Shown here in pieces: positions 59,263 to 64,000 of a stretch of DNA of 64,000 bases. Position 1 is the stretch's first letter. The number at the start of each line of letters is the position of its first letter. This stretch comes from Candidatus Poribacteria bacterium (GTDB lineage: Bacteria > Poribacteria > WGA-4E > PCPOR2b). The stretch is from positions 2,880,001 through 2,944,000 of the forward strand of contig OZ244587.1 in NCBI GenBank assembly GCA_965218095.1. Direction: 5' to 3'. The notes below the pieces were generated by a model, which was given only the letters and a program-made list of their open reading frames with translations, was not told the origin of the DNA and searched no databases. The position numbers were made by a program, and so were the translations under genes.

Positions 59263-62130
59263 TCAAGGCGCCAGGAGGTTAAACATGAATTCAAAGCGTG
59301 AATCTCCCTCGTCAAAACGGTAGCTGTACCTCACGCCCATATCCCATGGGATGAACAGTGAAAAGAGGTGAAAATCGAAGGTCAGCTCGGCACCCGCCGT
59401 CTGGTAGGTAGTGTGCTGAGACCCGTCCTTGCCCAAGCCGTAGTCGTAAAAAAAGTTGGTCTTGACGCGCTGGAGGTACACCAACGCCCCCAAGTTCCAG
59501 TCCGGGTAGAACAGCGGCAAGGCATAGTCAGCCGACCCCTGATAGAAGTGGCGATGGGAGTGGTAGTCATAGCCGCGGACAAAGGTCTGTTCGCTTTCAA
59601 AACGGTAGAGATTGTCATCATCTTGCCACTCGTAAGTACCCTTCAGTCGCAGGCTGTGGTGGGCAAAGAAACCGGGAAAGTTCAATCCCAGCCGCCCTGA
59701 CAGCAAGGTGATGTCGTAGTCGCCCGCAAAGGGCGTGTGGCGGTAGGTCAGTTTCAAGTTTTGACCCCAGGCCGGGGCCAGATCGCGCTCCGCCTTGTGG
59801 CGCGACCGAGATAAGGCGAGCTGGTACGACAGCGGCGCAAAACGCCCGTTCAGGTTTTCCTCGAACAAGCCGCTTGTATCGGGATGGTTTGGGTCGTTCT
59901 CGTCGGTGATATCGGTCAACTCTGCCTTTACGCTCAAATTGGCGGAAGAACTCCAGGGACCACGGGATAAATTCAAGGGCACTTCGACGCTGGCATGCAG
60001 GCTCTTTTCGGTCCACTTCTCAGTGATTTCCTTTATGTCAGAGTCGTCTTTAGTACCATCTTCCTCTTCAATCTCGTAAACTCCGATCCGCTTGCCCCAG
60101 CGTCCACCCACGCTGAAAATGGGATACCACGCCGACAAGCTGAAATCGCCCAAGACGCTGAAGGCGTTCTCGTTGCTATTGTATTCGACCCCGCTGCTAA
60201 GGCTGCTGAGATCGAGCAAATCGCTGGACGTGAGTTTGAGGGAGTGGTTTGCCCCGTCTGTCCGAGGAGCCCAACTGTGGATCTTGAGCAGATGGGCCAG
60301 TGGCCGATAGCGGCGTACCGGGTACACCTGCTGAGGGATGTTCGCCAACACGCTGCCGCCCTGCTCCTGGGCAATCAGCGGTTCGTAATAGCGTACACGG
60401 CGATCCACTACCTGCTCGATCGGTGTCCAGGTCGCCGGGTCTAGGGGCATGACCACGATGCGGTAGCCGTCAACAGTGTAATCCTCGAACAGGAGCGAAT
60501 CGCCGTTCACGGACACATGGGTGGCCGACAGTGGTCGAGAGGTCACCTGGTAGTGGCCCCCGCTTGATAGGTAAACAGCGTGGATATTGTCGATACCCGA
60601 ATAGGGCGAGTCGAACAGCAGGTAGGAACCCCAGAAAATCGGCCAGCCGATCTCGTCGTGGGTGTGCGGCAACACAATCTGCCCCTCGCCATTGACAGCA
60701 TCAATGCGCTCGAGCGCGTTGCCGTGTGCGTCCTGCCGCACGACAGCGATGTGGCGCCCGTCCTCCGACCACGCCGGCGTGCGCCAATACACCCCGTCGG
60801 GGGCTGGGAAACGCGCCTGCTCCGCGCCACTGGCTGTTTCCAACAGCACTAAGTGGCAGCGCCGGTCCGGTCCGAATTCAATGGCGGCGAGGCGTGTGCC
60901 ATCGGGCGAAGGAGCGGGCGCGAACAACTTGGCTTTGTGGGTGAGTTGGCGCATACTGCCGCTGGCGATGTCCAGCACCACCACGTCAGAATAGTCGCGA
61001 CGGCCCCAGCGCAGGTCCGGAATGTAGCGGTTCCAGGCCACTTTGCCGCCCGCCACGCGAATACCGCCCAGGGGCGAGTAGAAGCGCACGCGCTCCTCGC
61101 GGCCGTCGGGGTACAGCCGTATCAGCGTCGCCGGGTCGGCCATGCCGCTCTTGCTCGCCAGCACGCTGCCGTCTGCCAGGTAATGCGGGTATTTGTAGTT
61201 AGTCCATACGCCCGACTGGCTCTGCCCGGGGAGCACCCGCAACGGCGTTGTGTGCAGGTCTTTTTGCTGCGCCTGCCACAGCTCGGTCAACTCGTCCATC
61301 GTCCGCTCGTAGGTTTGGGAGGTGCTGGCACCGGTGTGTTTCTTGAGCGCACGGCTAAAGGCGAAGGGATGGAACGCCCGGTTGGCGAAACTGCCCATCA
61401 CCTTGTCCCACATCTCTGGACCGCAGCGGCGCTTGACGTAGGTCGTCGTAAAATACCCCAGCGTGTAGTGGTCGGGATACCAGTCGCGGTACGAGCGGTG
61501 GTAGGCCTTGTAGTAAGAATAGCGCCGTCCCGCCAGAAGCGGGGCACGTATGCCCAGATTGAACTGGGGCATGCGCCCACGCCCGCTCTCGCTCAGCGCC
61601 GTCTCAATCCCCACCGCATCCCCCTCCGAAGACCACTTCGGCTCCAACAGACCACCCACCAAGAATTCGCCCGTTTCGCCCGACAGCGCCCACCACAAGC
61701 GGATAAAGCCCCGGCGCATGCGGTCGGTCTGCACCACGTGGCGCATCTCGTGGAGCGCCAGCAATTGCAACCAGTCGCCGGGGAGGTCGCCAACGTTCTG
61801 GTCCGGGGTGGTTGACCACAAACTGCGACGCGGTGCCAAGCCGACAAAACCGTTAGACACGGTCGTTTGGTTGGTCAGCACCACCTCCAGTGGCTTTTGC
61901 GGCCCCCGCAGCGTTTTGGAGACGGGGCCGTAGGTGTGTTCGAGCGTATTGGCTAACCGCTGGCCGTCGTTGGTAATCTCCTCGGGGAAAATGATCGTGA
62001 ATCGATCTGTTTTAATCTGTCGCCAGTCCACGCCAGGCGGGGTTTGCCCCGACAAAAAGTTTTGCTGCGCGAACGACGTGCCGGCGATCAGCGCCGCCAC
62101 CGCGATTGCTACCAGCATCTTGGTTATCAT
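59263..62130 (-). CDS. Secreted protein: HExxH peptidase-like domain, TolB-like propeller and C-terminal beta-barrel
   Basis: Signal peptide, LHEMRH...EGDAV, PAPSPDG/PAWSEDG repeats, VRGY barrel motif. Confidence 0.8.
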   Translation of the reverse strand: MITKMLVAIAVAALIAGTSFAQQNFLSGQTPPGVDWRQIKTDRFTIIFPEEITNDGQRLANTLEHTYGPVSKTLRGPQKPLEVVLTNQTTVSNGFVGLAPRRSLWSTTPDQNVGDLPGDWLQLLALHEMRHVVQTDRMRRGFIRLWWALSGETGEFLVGGLLEPKWSSEGDAVGIETALSESGRGRMPQFNLGIRAPLLAGRRYSYYKAYHRSYRDWYPDHYTLGYFTTTYVKRRCGPEMWDKVMGSFANRAFHPFAFSRALKKHTGASTSQTYERTMDELTELWQAQQKDLHTTPLRVLPGQSQSGVWTNYKYPHYLADGSVLASKSGMADPATLIRLYPDGREERVRFYSPLGGIRVAGGKVAWNRYIPDLRWGRRDYSDVVVLDIASGSMRQLTHKAKLFAPAPSPDGTRLAAIEFGPDRRCHLVLLETASGAEQARFPAPDGVYWRTPAWSEDGRHIAVVRQDAHGNALERIDAVNGEGQIVLPHTHDEIGWPIFWGSYLLFDSPYSGIDNIHAVYLSSGGHYQVTSRPLSATHVSVNGDSLLFEDYTVDGYRIVVMPLDPATWTPIEQVVDRRVRYYEPLIAQEQGGSVLANIPQQVYPVRRYRPLAHLLKIHSWAPRTDGANHSLKLTSSDLLDLSSLSSGVEYNSNENAFSVLGDFSLSAWYPIFSVGGRWGKRIGVYEIEEEDGTKDDSDIKEITEKWTEKSLHASVEVPLNLSRGPWSSSANLSVKAELTDITDENDPNHPDTSGLFEENLNGRFAPLSYQLALSRSRHKAERDLAPAWGQNLKLTYRHTPFAGDYDITLLSGRLGLNFPGFFAHHSLRLKGTYEWQDDDNLYRFESEQTFVRGYDYHSHRHFYQGSADYALPLFYPDWNLGALVYLQRVKTNFFYDYGLGKDGSQHTTYQTAGAELTFDFHLFSLFIPWDMGVRYSYRFDEGDSRFEFMFNLLAP

Positions 62131-62202
62131 ACTCGTTTCCTCCTCTGCCCGGCTCAGTTGCGGCGGGCGAAGCAGTAGAGGTAGTCTTTACTACACGACC
62201 CC

Positions 62203-62231
62203 ATTATAGCAAGAAATCAGGGCTTTGTCAA
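62203..62231 (-). promoter_or_regulatory. Consensus sigma70 promoter
   Basis: TTGACA-17 nt-TATAAT with extended -10 TG on minus strand. Confidence 0.8.
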
Positions 62232-62354
62232 ATTTTTAGTAACTTTACTAGAGGTGTACAATAGAATTCCGCAAAGCTGCACACCAATGGATCTAGACGG
62301 CATCAGATCGGACGAGGAGATTCGCAGAACTTTTCCTGCGAATCTCCTCAACTG

Positions 62355-62600
62355 TTAATTGAACGTTGCAGTGAAAAGGATTCCGATGCTCGCCGTATTG
62401 AGATCGAATTCCTCTCCTTTTGGATTCTCGTCAGGAAGAACGGTATAAAACAACTGTCCTGCAACACCAATTCCCCAATTGTCACTCACCCACCACTCCT
62501 TACCAATCGCTACATTTATGCCATAACCAAGATCCGTTTCAAATTTCTCCACGTCGGATTCAACAATCCCTCTAGCAAGAGCAATTGAACCAGATAAATG
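62355..62600 (-). pseudogene. C-terminal relic of an outer-membrane beta-barrel protein
   Basis: IGKEWWVSDNWGIGVAGQ...LFTATFN; no signal peptide or N-terminus. Confidence 0.55.
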
Positions 62601-63336
62601 ACGCTTCGCCTGGGCATGAAGTTTATTTTTGAAAGCGAACAAAATTTCAGGCAACGCTGATCAAGATGCACCAGATGGGGCAATAAGGAAATAATACCCT
62701 ATTACGGACGAAACCCACGATAACTCTGTGGAGACAAGCCACCTTGTGGCAGTTCTTGCCGATGTGGGAGTCTACTCCTGCGCCATTATTACTGCACTTT
62801 CAATATGGAGTTGGTGGTATGGAAATAATGCTTGCTTTTCTGCACTGATGTGCTATAATTTTTTACCAAAGCTAAGTGGTTCATGTCGTAAGTTCGTATA
62901 GTGTTTTAGACCTGACAGGTTTTTGAAACTTGTTTGGATGTACTGTGCGTCAGCAATCTGGAGAAAAGCGTGCGAAAAAACTTGCAGAGGCGGTTGATGC
63001 CGTGTATAATCTCAGTTATCACAACATGCCGGCGGACGATTTCAGGACGCGTTAATTGTGTCGCCGCGATCAAAGGCGCGCACCAAAACATCTTGTTTGT
63101 AGTCGCGCAATTGCCCCGCTATGCGGGATTCAAAGCAACTTGCATCCCGATCCATCGGGGTCATTGCGCGTTTGGGACCGACGATGAATCGTCCCGCTAC
63201 ACGGGATCTCGCTACGCTAGAGACCTCACTACAAACCATTACTTTCTTTTTGAAAATTACTTAACACACGAGATGCCTCACGTTTTACGCAATACGCATG
63301 AGTTTGATCAGGAACGTTTAAGTGCAGCGTAAAGGA

Positions 63337-64000
63337 ATGAATTACAAGGATATCCTTAAAAACGCTCCCACAGAGTATTGTCAACGGGCAGCGCGCTGGA
63401 TTGGATTAACTGGACAACTTACAGCATCGAAACTACGAAAAGAAATTGTTCAGATGTTTCTCAATCCGGCGTCCCTGAGAAATTTAACTGCACGTCTCAG
63501 TTCTTGCGAGCGTTTAGTGCTGACAATGCTTGCATTTTCCTGCGGTAAAGCCGGTGTGCCATTCCATCTATTCAATCAGAAAGTCAATCAAATGAGTCGT
63601 GGGTGGTCAAATACAGGCGGAGAAGTCCTGCGTACTCTTGCTGAATCCGGATTTATTTTCACGATCGCAGTAAGGGGCATGCAATATCATTATATTATCC
63701 CCGAAGATCTCTGCCGACTGCTGCAAGAAATTTTCGCGCAAGATGTAAACGGAGCACTCAGATCGCCTGAAGAAATGCCCAAGCGTATTCGCAGCGATGG
63801 ATTTGCGCTAATCCGAGATACTTTCACCTTTCTCTGCTTTGCTTCCCAGTATGGAATCGGGAGGACACAACAAGGAAACATCTACAAGCGTACACAGAAA
63901 CGGCTTCTCAGATGTTTTGAAGCACCGGCTGAGACACCAAAGGTCTACAACCGGATTAATCCAACAGAGGGCAATCCGGATCGTTTAGCTTTTATTTTTC
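63337..64000 (+). CDS. Hypothetical protein resembling N-termini of helicase-associated domain proteins (partial, runs off window)
   Basis: Open frame from ATG 63337 to the end; YIIPEDL, TQQGNIYKR, PDRLAFI motifs. Confidence 0.6.
   Translation, partial: MNYKDILKNAPTEYCQRAARWIGLTGQLTASKLRKEIVQMFLNPASLRNLTARLSSCERLVLTMLAFSCGKAGVPFHLFNQKVNQMSRGWSNTGGEVLRTLAESGFIFTIAVRGMQYHYIIPEDLCRLLQEIFAQDVNGALRSPEEMPKRIRSDGFALIRDTFTFLCFASQYGIGRTQQGNIYKRTQKRLLRCFEAPAETPKVYNRINPTEGNPDRLAFIF

Noticed and set aside
60853-61815. Long antisense ORFs (also 13547-14314, 42479-43195, 47163-47948)
   Set aside because: Shadow frames opposite well-supported genes, no recognisable motifs
1-64000. Genome-wide reassignment of TAG or TGA
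   Set aside because: Both codons end many intact genes at expected C-termini and core genes have no internal stops

Overview
Bacterial chromosomal window with a gene repertoire typical of Candidatus Poribacteria (inferred from multiple PhyH dioxygenases, BNR/sialidase-like proteins, a DUF6785-type membrane protein, secreted LamG-like proteins ending in KLxTTWGRVK, and a cytochrome c/LRR/cohesin/dockerin/FlgD-type giant protein). Intact housekeeping genes (ctpA-like protease, dapB, cmk, tyrA, UbiD family, PBP1, uvrB, M16 peptidase, DUF1998 helicase, TonB receptor) alternate with about 20 accessory genes broken by nonsense codons, frameshifts or large deletions, some apparently joined at microhomologies. 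Defence genes include an intact fused restriction-modification protein carrying an in-frame palindromic insertion, an orphaned methyltransferase, and relics of DpnII-like, NotI-like, DUF262 and HicB genes. The most striking hidden signal, missed by the ORF track, is a thioredoxin/PDZ gene relic at about 19.5-20.0 kb whose redox motif reads TGA-Val-Pro-TGA-Glu-Val-Cys (UxxUxxC, two selenocysteines) followed by a SECIS-like hairpin. No rRNA, intact tRNA, transposase or CRISPR array was seen. All family assignments come from motif recognition, not database searches.
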